NCBI GenBank assembly: GCA_012295275.1
Contig: CM022667.1
Span: 12,834,001 to 12,898,000 of the forward strand
DNA length: 64,000 bases
Direction: 5' to 3'
From: Chrysomallon squamiferum
Lineage: Eukaryota > Animalia > Mollusca
Both the position numbers and the translations under genes were made by a program. This document shows positions 32,508 through 48,767 of this stretch, piece after piece; the stretch's first letter is position 1, and every line of letters begins with the position of its first letter. Under the pieces are notes generated by a model. The model saw only the letters and a program-made list of their open reading frames with translations. It made no database searches and had not been told where the DNA came from.

Positions 32508-35109
32508 GTATTAGTATTAGTATTATTATTATTATTTCTTTGTTTTTGCTGGCAAGGTCGCAATAACATCTGAAAAAAAAAAATATATAGTATGAAAACG
32601 GTTACGAGATGGAATGATGTCAAGTCACAAAAAAAAAAAAAAAAAACAACTAATTATTCGTCCTTTGCAGGAATTTCTACTCAATAATAGACGTCTATGA
32701 GGCATTGATTAAATGACATATTTACCCAAATTACTGGAATAATCCATGTAGAATTGATTGCATTATGAAGGAATACGTGTTTATAAATTTGTAAACAGTG
32801 ATCGGCGATCGACGTTGTCATCTTGGATTTCGATCGGAAGTTTCCGTAAGCTCACGGAAGTTTTTAAACTTCCAAATTCACTTATTTTACGTCTGTTTTC
32901 GGAATGTTTTTTATGATTTACAATAATAGAGGTAAGGATCGTTCACATTATCACACCATGACGTCAGCGCCTTTCGTAACTACTTTTTCAACTTAATCAA
33001 ACTTTTCAAACTGGATTATTTTTGTGCATGCATTATAAACTAAAATAATAATTCGGTATAAGATTAATGTATTAACTTTTCTAGTCGGAATATTCCCCGT
33101 GTGTCAGAACCCAACAGAAAAGAGCATTCAGGTGTAGTCTGCAGCCATTAAATAGGCGAAATTCTTGAGGCATTTTTTCCGGTAACGTAATTTGTGCCGT
33201 TACGAGTTATCGTTCCTGTTGGTCGATGCTAATTTGAGTATATTTTGTTCCACTTCCAGACCTAGCGATTGAGAGTAAGATGCTCAGTCAAATAGATTAA
33301 TAGCTAGGAAAATGCAGAATCTAGCAATTTTTGTATTAATACGAGAAAATTGATTATCTGGTGGTTTTTTTTATGTATGCTTTAAAATTTTCACATCTTA
33401 TTTTCTGTCTGTTACACAACATGAAAATATTGTTTGAAGATCTGTTTGAAGAAGCTTTTGTTTATCTCCCTTTCTCTGTTTCTCTGTTTCTCTGTGTGTG
33501 TCTGTGTATGTGTGTGTGTGTGTGGACAGCTGTGCTATTTTTTGATATACAAAAAGTGTATTTTAAACAATTATGTTTGAAACACAGTAACTGTAGTGAT
33601 GTTAATATTAGATGTTTGTTCAAACACGTGCATGGCATTCTAAATAATAATAATAATAATAATAACAAAAATTTGAAAACCATATATGTGTCATTGTATT
33701 TTACTTAAGCAGTGCTGTAGATTTAAGTTAATTACACAGTCTACAAGAACGTCACTCCCTAACTGAAAATATTAATTATAGTAAAAAGAAAATAATAATA
33801 AAAAGAAGAAGACAAATGTAACAGATAAAGAAATAAAAATGGATAAATGAACAAATATTGTACTGAAAAATACATAAACATTTTATTTACCAACACCTCA
33901 GCATATTATTTAAAAAAAAATTAAAAAAACAACAACCACATACTTTTATGTAATGAAAATAAAAATCCAGATATGCATCAAAGTATTTTAAAGTTAATTC
34001 TTATTAGTTCTGTCTACATTTATAATATGAGTGTTAATCACTTGAGAATTTAACGTTAAAAGTTATTTGCTATAAACATACGTAAATGCATTTGGGCGCG
34101 CACAGAGAAACATACATAAAAAAACATACATTTCTACAGAAGAGAACATACATCTCAGTCCTTTTGTAAACCAGCAGTCGTGGAACTCTGCCTGGAATTG
34201 GAAAAATGTGCTAAAGCGAGTATCCCGAAAACTGATCAGATGAACAAAGGTAACAGTACTGATGTTCAGAATTTTGTGGATACGTCTATAGTTTATAAAA
34301 ATTATTTGTTAGATTATTTTAATTTAGTATACACAACGTTTTTCTGATTTACAAAACCACGATGATTAATTTTGACAAAAGTTTAATAAACGGACATTTT
34401 CTGTTTTACTAGCGACGATTTAAGAACTGGTTTAATTGCATGTTTAATTTTGAACGTTATCTGAAAAATTATATTTACTTTAATAAATATAAGAAAGAAA
34501 TAGTAATAAACTTTATGAATATTTGAAACTGAACTGCTGAGTTTTTGAATCTCTTTGTAACCATTTTGCTATCGTTATGCGGGGTCTCATAGCGTAGAAG
34601 CTTGCCATGTTCAAATTTTCCCTACGTAGTTTGTATACTCAAAGCGCTATCAAATGTAAACGAGGTATTCTTTGTAATGTTAGATTATAATTTTAATAAT
34701 TCCTTTACCATTTAAATCTATATTTACTATTTAATAGGCGAATTACTAGAACTCGGCACTTACGATAATCACCATGAATGTGTAATGATACCTGACCTCT
34801 ATGCACTCGAATAGATGAAATCTTATCAGTGCCACAGAATTTATCACAACGATCAAACTGAAATGTACTCGCCTAGCTACAAAATTTTCATTAACAAAAA
34901 TATCTAGCCCAACAATTGATTTTACTCGTCTTGAGCTTTGTATCCCAGTAAAAAGCGAATGTTCTGATCTGTTCCGAACCATTTTTCAACAAGACGTTGC
35001 ACAGCATATAATACTACAAATACTGTCATTAGAAGGTTATGTATGGTTAAATACATTATGTTTATTGTCTGAGATAACGTATACCTCATTATTGTTAACT
35101 CTGGTACAA

Positions 35110-38302
<3,193 letters not shown>

Positions 38303-39819
38303 GGTGAAAAAAAAAAAGCGTTTAGTTTCTCTGCAAAAAATTACAAATAACTTTGAACATGAAGATCACTAGAAATCATAATATGTTAGGATGATGTAGT
38401 CTATGATGGTGAAGTGTACATGTGTATCATATTAATATGGCTCTCTTTCTATCTGTATGTATGATGACATCATGTTGGAGTGTATGTGTGTCTGTTTATG
38501 TCTGTATGGCGTTTGCGAGCATGAATATGTATGTATGTATGTATGTATGTATGTCTGCTTATGTGGACAGCTATGAAGATATCAGATAATATTATCAGTG
38601 TATATTAATCGGGATATGTAGGCTACGAAAGGTGTAAGGAAAAATCAATCAATCAATCAATCATAAATAAATAAATAATAATAATAATAATAATAAAAAA
38701 TAAAAAAGAAGATCATGAAGAAGAGAAAAGATATGACAAATAAAACAAAAAGAGGAAATAAAAAAAATAAATTAGAAAAACAAAATTGAAGAGTTTACAA
38801 ATTTCATAAACAAAAAAGCAATTGTAATAAATACATTGATGCATAAATAAATAATATAATAATGATGATGATTATAAGGAAATTCAGATCATGTTAAACT
38901 TTTAATAATAAAATAGCGACAATAATAATAATAATAAAAACACAAAAGAACAAGAAGGTCAGAAATAAGAGTTTTGATATAGTATATCTTGAAGAAGAAG
39001 AAAAAAGAAAAAGATACGACGAAAGAAGAAATGGAAGAAGAAGAAAAGAAGAAGAGCTCCGAAGAAGAAGAAAAAAAGAAGCAGTGAAAAAATTTAAGAA
39101 GAATGAAATGAAAGCAGAATTGAGAAAAAATGAATAAAATACAAAAAGAAAAAACAATTAGAATAATTTTAAAATAATAATACTAATAATAAACGAGTTT
39201 TTAAAAGTCCTTTTCTCCAAATACTCAGCACCAGACCTTCTTCTGATGTTACCATCAGAATTATTCAGGTTATTATTATTATTATTTTTTTTTTTGTATA
39301 CTCGACGTAATATTTTTTAGGAAGAAGTTCAGATCGTATTTCATTTGCATATAAGGTGTCTAGTAATATCTTTGTGTTTTGTGCTTGTGCTGTTGTGTGT
39401 AGCATTTTCTTTTATGGTAATGTATTCATTAAATGTTGTTGTTTTTTTTTTTTTTTGCCTTTGGTTTATGGCGAAATGTTTAGTGATGCATGTAAGGCAA
39501 AAATCTAAGTTACATATTTTTATGAGGTAATGCAATTATGCGACTTACGGCGTAAGTAAGTAAGTAAATACATAAATATAAACTCACAAAAAACAAAACC
39601 TAAATAAATAAATGTATGTGCGTGTGTGTTTATGTGGATGTTTACTGACGTTTGTGTATATGTTGTGTACGTACGGGTATATATATATAGATATATATTT
39701 ATGTGTGTAATATGCGTACTGGTCTTTCATAACCGACTGCTGCATGCCACAGTTAAATATTTTTATGAGGTAATGCAATAATGCGACTTACGTTGTAAGT
39801 AAGTAAATAAATAAATACA

Positions 39820-39854
<35 letters not shown>

Positions 39855-41598
39855 ATAGGAACCTCTAAATAAAATTCATAACCGACTGTTGCATGGCACA
39901 GTTTAGTTGCTAAAAATAATATTTAGCGAAACCCCCCCACACACACACACACACACATACACATTTGTAGTAACGGACATGGCAAAGTGTGTTTCAGATG
40001 AATGTTATTTCATTTCATTGACGTTTAAAGCAGAAAGACTAATGTTAAATATATTCATTGTCAGAAATAAAAGTCTTCATATAGTATATCTTGTTTTCAT
40101 ATTGATAAATGTTATTTTACTTTACAGTTTGAAATAAGTTAATGATGACAGAAAGAAAACGCAATTAGAGTAATAACAAAATATAATAATAATAACAGGA
40201 AAAGAAGAAGAAGGTCACGAAGAAGAAGAAAAAAGATACGACGAAAGAAGAAATGGAAGAAGAAGAAAAAGAAGAACAGCGCGAAGAAGCAGTGAGATAC
40301 AGCAGTACGGAAAGTGATGAGAAAAAGAATGAACTGAAAGCAGAATAAAATGATGACAGAAAGAAAAAGCAGTTAGAATAATTTTAAAATAATAATAATA
40401 AATAATTAAAAATAATTAAAAATTAAAAAAATAATTAAAAAAAAAAGAAATAAAAAAAGATGCGAATAAAGTACGAATCTGAATGAAAAACAAAATAACA
40501 TAGAAAAATGTACAAATTTCATAAACAAAAGCAGAAACTTACATTTTAAACTTTAAACGATCTGTTTTAAAAAGTCCTTTTCTCCAAATACTTATCACCA
40601 CGTCTTCTTCTAATGTTTCTGGCAGAATTATTCAGGTTATTTTTCTTTGTGTATACCCTACGTAGTATTTTGTAGGAGGAAGTTCAGATTATGTTTCAGT
40701 TACCTGTGCGGTTTATCATAATATCTTTGCGTTTTGTGCAAGGTGCTCTTGTGTCCACCATTTTCTTTTATGGTAACATCTTCTTTATTTTTTTCTTTCT
40801 TTCATTTTTTGTATTTTTATTTTGTATTTTTTTTTTTTTTGCGTTTGGTTTGTCACGAACTATTTAGTGATGCATGAAAAGTCCTTTTCTTCAAATACTT
40901 ATCACTACATCTTCTTCTAATGTGTCTGGCAGAATTATTCAGGTTATTGTTTTTTTTTTTTTTCAGACCATATTTTTTTTTAATATTTTTTTTTTTTTTT
41001 TTCTTTTTTCGATCTTGTTTACTTTATTTTTTTTATGCATCTTTTTTGTTTTTTTTGCTTTCGATCTATGACGAAATTAGTGATCAGTGAAAGTTAAATA
41101 TTTTTGTGAGGTAATACAATAATGGGATTTACGTTGTAGGTAAATAAATAAATAAATAAGTAAATAGGAAACTCTCAAAAGACGTGTCCCCCCAACAAAA
41201 ACAACAAAAAAATTAAAATAAAATGAACAACAAACAATAAACCCACAACAAACAAAACCTAGGTATGTGTGTATGTGTACGTATGTGTGTACAGACGTGT
41301 GTGTATATGTGTACGTATTCATGTATGTATGTATTTTTGTACGTATATATAGTACTGATCTTTCATTTAAAAATATTATTAACCATATGAATTATTTTTT
41401 TAGAACATTTCATTTACTCTACAAGATATATTTTAAATCTTCCTTTTTACAAAGATGAGAAAATACAAATATACCCATTTGCACTACCAGAGAATGCATA
41501 ACCGATAATGAAAGTAAAAAACAAATACAGTTATGATAAGTAAATAAGTAAAATTCATAACTGACTGCTGAAAATAATACTTTAGCGACACACACACA

Positions 41599-41643
<45 letters not shown>

Positions 41644-42129
41644 TTCTAGTGACGGACATGGCAAAGTATGTTTCAGGATAATGTTATTTGATTTCATTGA
41701 CGTTTAAAGCAGAAAGACTGACATTATGCATATTCATTGACAGAAATAAAAGTTTTCATATAGTATATGTTGTTGGCATATTGATAAATGTTAATTTGTT
41801 TTAGTTTGAAAAAAGTTAAGTTAGTCAAAAGACAACTGAAGTTTCTAACGAAGAGCAAGTCACTCATTTTCTAAAGCGAAAACACCGGAGGATGACGTAT
41901 ACTTTCCTGTATATGGGAAGTTATTATAAGTGTTCGGATGCTGCTAATTGAAAAGAACTGTACGTCCACCGCTTGATGACAGTGGGTTTCACCTGTAATT
42001 ATCTGCGTATACATCTAAACTTATCAGGTTTACTTAAAGGTCACTGTAGTTATGTTGTACAACGCCATGGAACAATTCACTTACATCAGTCTGGTATTAC
42101 TACCTATGTTGTTGAACTGAACTGGCTAA

Positions 42130-42217
42130 AATTCTTTAATTAACCTGATTTACGGCGTATTAACCCCATCTAAACGCGATAACTGCGCTGGGAGGAAATT
42201 ACGGAAAACATTTAGCT
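42130..42217 (+). promoter_or_regulatory. Likely VIRMA proximal promoter/5'UTR
   Basis: CpG-enriched island in AT-rich DNA just before the ATG, with GGAA cores and ATGGCG (YY1-like). Conserved in the copies at ~6600, ~14810 and ~25530. TSS not determinable. Confidence 0.5.
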
Positions 42218-42289
42218 ATGGCGGACGCCTTGATAGAGCCTCCTGTGGAACTGTTGTTCTTTGATACATTTTCGCACGAAGATAGTGAA
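42218..42289 (+). CDS. VIRMA: VIRMA exon 1 (MADALIEPPVELLFFDTFSHEDSE)
   Basis: ATG at 42218, GT donor at 42290, phase 0; VIR_N start. Confidence 0.9.
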
Positions 42290-43718
42290 GTAGCTATAGC
42301 TTATTTATTTATTTATTTATCTTTTTTTAAATTAAAAATTATTTTCATTGTTTTCGATTTGTAAATCAAATAAGTTATTATAATGCACAGAATACAATTA
42401 ATTATTTATTTATATTTTCATTTATTCTTTCGGTGGTCTTCGACTGGCCTGATGGCTAGCTAGTTTCATTTTTGACTGCTGTTTTTATTTGTGTTCATTA
42501 CAACGCTGTTGAAGTAGGATGTTTTACTCTGACATTTGTATGTTAATGCATTCAGTAATGTCTCGCCATTGATGACAGTTAACGTCATTTAAGTTGGGTA
42601 TTTCTTGTTCCTCTTCCAGAGTGGGAGTAAAACGCCCAATCAGTCACACTGTTTCGTATACTTTATAAATATAGTCTTATTAATAGTATATGTTTATATG
42701 TTATATGGCATAACGGTTAACTGACATAATGAATTGTCAAGCTCCAAGTCATGATATTTGGGTTTCTGTTTAAGGAAAGGTGGAAATAAACTACCATTTG
42801 CATATAATTTATATAAGAATACTCTTAAAATTAATACTATTATTACTTCTGACTATGAAATGTAATTCTTATTTAATAAGCAGTAACAAACAAAGCAGTC
42901 ATGAAAAGACATATGGATGTATATGAAATATTTGACAAGATTTGTTCATATCGCACAGTAGTACACTTTATAATTTATTTATCAATATTTTATTATTTTT
43001 TAGGATCTCAATTTAGACTTGGTTCGATTTCCATGTCCTGTTTTAATATGTGAGGTACGGGTTGTGCCACTTGGTACCCAGGTGCAAGCTGATTTACCTG
43101 GTGGATCAAGACGAGGGTAATTTTATTTTAAAAATAAATCAAATATTTTGTTTGAGGAAATGGCATACAAAAACTTTTAATATTTCCAGAAAAACAGTGT
43201 ATATCAGAGAAACTTTTGAACGCACACACACTCACACATATATATTCATATGTATATGTATGCTAATCAAATCCATTTTGTAGCAGACACTGATACATCC
43301 CTTACATAAATTCACTGAAATTCTTTGATTAGTTTTAAAAAATTGACAAATCACAAGCACTTTTTTTTTCACATAGTCACAGCTCTGTTCGTCCAGCCAG
43401 CTTATGTGAATTTGGGGCAACTTATGTCTCTGAATTAAAATGTCATTTATTTTGCATATATTAGTGTTAACAATGGAGTACTTTAATATTATTCAGGAGC
43501 TAGTATTTTTTTCATTTCACCAGTTGGGCACAAGAAGAGAGTTAATTCTTCAAATTCAGTTTCACAAAAAAAAAAAAATGTGATGTACCAGTGCTGTGAA
43601 AAAGTGATCAGTTTTGTGAATACATAATCATAATGCACCAAATATGTGTATAGTAGGATGTTAAATGTGTGAGGCTGTGAGCAAAAGTAATGGACCTAAG
43701 CTCTTCATATGCATATAC

Positions 43719-43764
<46 letters not shown>

Positions 43765-44703
43765 AACTTTGGAGAAATAATTAAATTACTGAATATGTTA
43801 ATGTCAGATAAATTACCCATAACCATTCAAAGTAGGTAAAACTTTGACAAATTCTTAACAGCAACATGGGATGTTTTGATTATCACAAAGTGACAAATGT
43901 CTGATGTTAAAAGAAAGAAATTTACATTCTGTGCTACAGACACTTTGTGTGTGCAAACTGGAGACATATAATCATTACTTACTTAATCAGTTAATGCATT
44001 TTTAAAATATTATAGTTTTGTTATATTATATTATAATCAGCATTGAAATGTATTTATTTATTTATTTAGAAGTCTTGACAAATTATAAAAATATGTCCAG
44101 TTAAATTAAATTTGTTTAATGTTTTTATATTTGGACACTTCAAATGTATATCTGAGTGAAATGTAGTGATGCCTTCATAATAATAATAATAATAATAATT
44201 AATCTTGATGTCATTCAGGGCTACCAACCCATCAAGTTTCAAGCTGGAATTGTTTGTCAACAATCTTGGCAAACCAAATGCTTCAACATTTGAGCAGCTT
44301 GGCCAGTAAGTATTCTTTTTAAAAGAAGAAAAATATATTTTGAGTAACTGGAATGCAGATTTTTCGCTTGTTAAATCGGTAACTCAGTCCCCAGTGCATT
44401 CATTTCAGCCAGTACAAAGTATGTTCTTTGCTAGTGGAAGATGTAGGTAGAAGTTTCTTTGTTGGTAATTAAAAAGAATAGTTATAAAAAGTTATAAAAT
44501 AGTATGTATCCTTTCACATAATAACTATATTAGGTGTCACAAAACATATATATATATATATATAAATATACAAAATATATATAAAATATATAATTTAATA
44601 ATAAAATAAGGTGAATTATCATTGACTGTTCATTTATATATTAGAAGAAGAAGAAGTAAATCCCTGGTAATAGGTCATTCTTGTTGAGGGGTATTTTTGT
44701 TAT

Positions 44704-44742
<39 letters not shown>

Positions 44743-47700
44743 TACAGAAAACAAAATTTTAATTACATCAATACATGTGATCATTTCATATAGTACAGTT
44801 AACTAAATGATTTTTTTGAGTTATTATTTTATTTAATCAAATTAATGTTAAATTAATTTTTTATATTTTAGACTCGACTACAAAGAAAATGTCACCATTC
44901 AGTTAAAGCCAGAGGAAGATGTAAGTTTTTAAAAATTAACTTCTGTTATCTTTGTGGACTTAGGAATTGTTTGTAAAATGGGGTTGTGACACTTATCCTC
45001 TAATTAGAGCTGGTAGATTACGAATGTTGTTTTTAACTTTGATTGTATACTGCACATTAGTGAAAATAAACATTTCTTTAATGATGTTTTTGTTTACACT
45101 TCACCTTGGCATAGTTCATAATGAAATCACTAGGTACAGAATTTACTTGCATATAAGTAGCATGTGACGGTTGATACAATATTAATTTACAAAAATGCAT
45201 AGAGATTGTATATTAGTATTCAGTTGAGAGTACTAATAAAAAAAAAGTCTATGTTACATAACACTTGTTGAAATGATTATATTTATCACACCCAGATTAT
45301 GTGTGCAGATCAATAGGGGTGTATGTAAGTGTTTTCTGTTAGCTGGTCAGTAGAAAGTTGTCAGAATAAACTCTTGAGTTTGCAGTCTCTGTTTAATTTA
45401 GGTACAAAATAATATAGTTTACAGATGTAATATCCTTAGGAGGTGGAGGCTGCTGGAAAGCTTTAGTATAACGAGCTGATGTGAAATATGATTGGATTCA
45501 GAACTGGTCCACTTTATCAACTCTTTGGGCTGTTTACCACCTCTTTCAGTACATTATCATTGCTGTCTGCTGTCCTGTTTGAATGAGGATTTATAGATAA
45601 TAATAAAAGTTAGTTGATCTCTTGCGTCATTTCTTTAATGATCACTGTGTTGATCATAATGTCTTGACTTGTACTTACAGTGTATGTTTTTGCTGTACAG
45701 CATACCGAGGTATGTCAGAATCCCTAGTATTTATTGTATCTCATTTTCATTGGTACAGTATGTCTAGGTATTGTCTACATTTATCATATAAAATGGTTAA
45801 TGATTTCCACTGTATGATACACTGTATGTAAAACCCATATTTGACACTGACACCTGTTAACATAAAAAGTAGGCTGAGCAAATGTTCATTCATTTACACA
45901 ACCAAATTTAAATATATGAAGTTCAGAGGTGACTTGAACATCAGTTAAGAAATCCAGAGCTTGTTTTGCCAATTTTGTGTTGTTTAGTTAGTAAAAACAG
46001 TCTACATTATGACATTATATGGCTCTGAATGAAAGTATAATAAGAACATTTGTCAGAAAATTAGTTAAATATGGTCACATATTTGTTTTTCACTTCGATT
46101 TGTTCTGCAGATAGCAATAGGTGGATGCTTATTTTGCAGATTTCAAACTGTCTAGCTGAGCAAAATTATATACAGGATGGCATATATAATTATTATTATC
46201 ATAATACCATATTTATATAGCAAGTTTTCCATGCTAAGTAAGTTCATGGGTGCTTTACAGTGTAAGCTAATGAACTAAAATATAACAAGACATGGACATA
46301 AACATAATGCTGAACATGTTAAAATGGTGATAAAAATAAATGTGTCATTTCAAAATTGTATAACATATTTAACAGACTAGCTTTTACATAATAAGTTTGG
46401 AAAAATAAAACATAACAATACATTAAGAAAGTGGATTTGAAAGAAATGGGTCTCAGCAGTGTTTTGAATGTGGTTATTGTTTCAGCCTCCTTGATGTTAC
46501 TTGGGAGTGAATTCCACAAAGCATAACTGAAACATCTCTGGCCACATTTGATTGTTTTATTCTTGGTGTTACTGATCTTAATGAATTCTCTGATCATAGA
46601 GACATACTGTACATTTTCAGCATGTCTTTGATTTACTCTGGGAAATGATTGCTCAAGAGCTTGTACTTTATCCTACAGTGGACAGACAACTGGCATTATG
46701 TGACTGTGATGTGATGACTGGTCCAATGAGTGCTGGTGTATTCTGTATTAGGCAAACTGAGTAGAAGTCTATTTCAATAGACCAGTTGTTATGTCACAAG
46801 TCCATTCACTTTTGTTTTTGTTTTTCTGGCCTCACTGGTCAGATACTGCCTGATTGTGCTGATCTTCCATAGCTAAGCATAGCTTGACAAACATACTACA
46901 TTCACTTGATGCTCCATAGACATTGTAGAATCAAACACAACACCAAGATTTCTCAGAGGGAAGCATTACCCACAGTAACTGGTGTGGTGTCAGAATGTTT
47001 CAGAATCTTGGAGTCCAACCCAGGCTTTGTCAGAAGGGGTCTAATGTGGGCAGATTTGAAGTCCTTTGGAACACATGGAAGTGTTAATGATATTAGTCAC
47101 AAGAGATCTAAGCTCATCTAAGCATTATTTCAGCAACCATGTTGATACTGGATCAAGCTTCAAAGATTTATCAAGAGATTTACTTCTTGTGCTGCAGGTG
47201 TAAGATCCACCAGGGGATTGGTCACATCTGCACTTGTTTCATGATCAAGCCTGGAAGCAGACTGCAGACCATTCCTGATGGTTTCAGTCTTCTTTAACAA
47301 AGAAGTCACTAAACTTCTGTGCCAATTCACTTGATGACATTCCACTGGGTAGAGATGGACTGCTGTTACTACCTGATATATGCCTTTTGTATCATATCCA
47401 TATTCGTTTCAATAGTAAGACATCTGTGCTTCCTTTGGTAGTCTGTTTATGATTTTTATATACTTGGTGTTCAGTGGTCAACCTTGATGTTTGCCATTTG
47501 CATTTGAGCTTGTGTTGAAAATGTTTTGCTTGATGGAGATTGTCTATGTACCAAGGTCAACTGGGCACAGCATGTACCGATACAAGGGAATTCAGTCCAT
47601 CATTATGTGCACTTGGTAAAGAATCCACAGAACTATTGGCGAAGCACTTATGTCATGTTTGAAAGCCTCAACATTAGTTGTGAACAGTTTCCTAAAAGAC

Positions 47701-48732
47701 ACTGATTTTGGGCCTGGTGTGGTATGTTACAGCTAACTGTATAGATATTTACATCACAATCCATGCATTCAAAATGACTGAAGTCATCCTTGTGACTGGA
47801 AGTGACAAGATGGACAGATACGGCAGACTTGTAGATGAGGGCAACACCACCTCCTTTTCTTTCTGGGCACATGCTTCCTCTTGTATCTGGTAGGAACAGG
47901 CTCTTCAGGTTGTTTTTTGTCAACTGTATTTTACAACCGTGTCTCAGTCACTGCAACATCAAAAAGCCTGTTTGTCAGTTGTATTGGTTACAGTGTGGTA
48001 TTTATACTCTGATTTATTATGCAGATAGCAACAGATGGGCTGATTCTCAAAGGCTGGTACAGCACAATAACTCTGGCTGTCTATGGCTGTGAAACAACAG
48101 TCGTGGTAAAACCTGAACGAGCATCACCCCCACCACCCCCTCCATTGCCTTCCCAACAGACAGTCACCAGACCTAAAACAAGAGGTGAGGTCTTTTAATG
48201 TTTAGCATTTTTAAATATTATTTCTACAAAGATTCAGTTGATCATTATTTGAGCAGATGCCTTCTTTATGACTATTTTATTTCTTGTAGTTTTCTTCCAA
48301 TATTATTATTATTAAATTTATACAAACATAGATATACAGACAGATATACATATATGCATATTTAAATACATTTATCTATTTCTTGTTCCAACCTGTATCC
48401 AGTTTATCAAAGGCCGAGGCTTTTGCCTTCATTAATAGAATCATTTCAGCTTCTTCCAAACAACAAAATGTTTATAAAACAGATTTAAGTTTACATTTAA
48501 GGCATAAAAGTGTTCTAAGTATTCTTGAAATGTTGAAAAATAAAAATAACATTTGTTAATGCAGCAGATTTAGATTCAGTTAGGCTATTAGGAATGTTGA
48601 AACAATGGATGTTGTGCTGTGGTATTTCAGAAGGTCATCATGAACCAGAGACAAGACCAACTCAGCAGCCACAACAGCAGCATCCACTGGATTTCATCCA
48701 GGAACAGGTTGAGCGTCAAATACAACAGCAAA

Positions 48733-48767
<35 letters not shown>

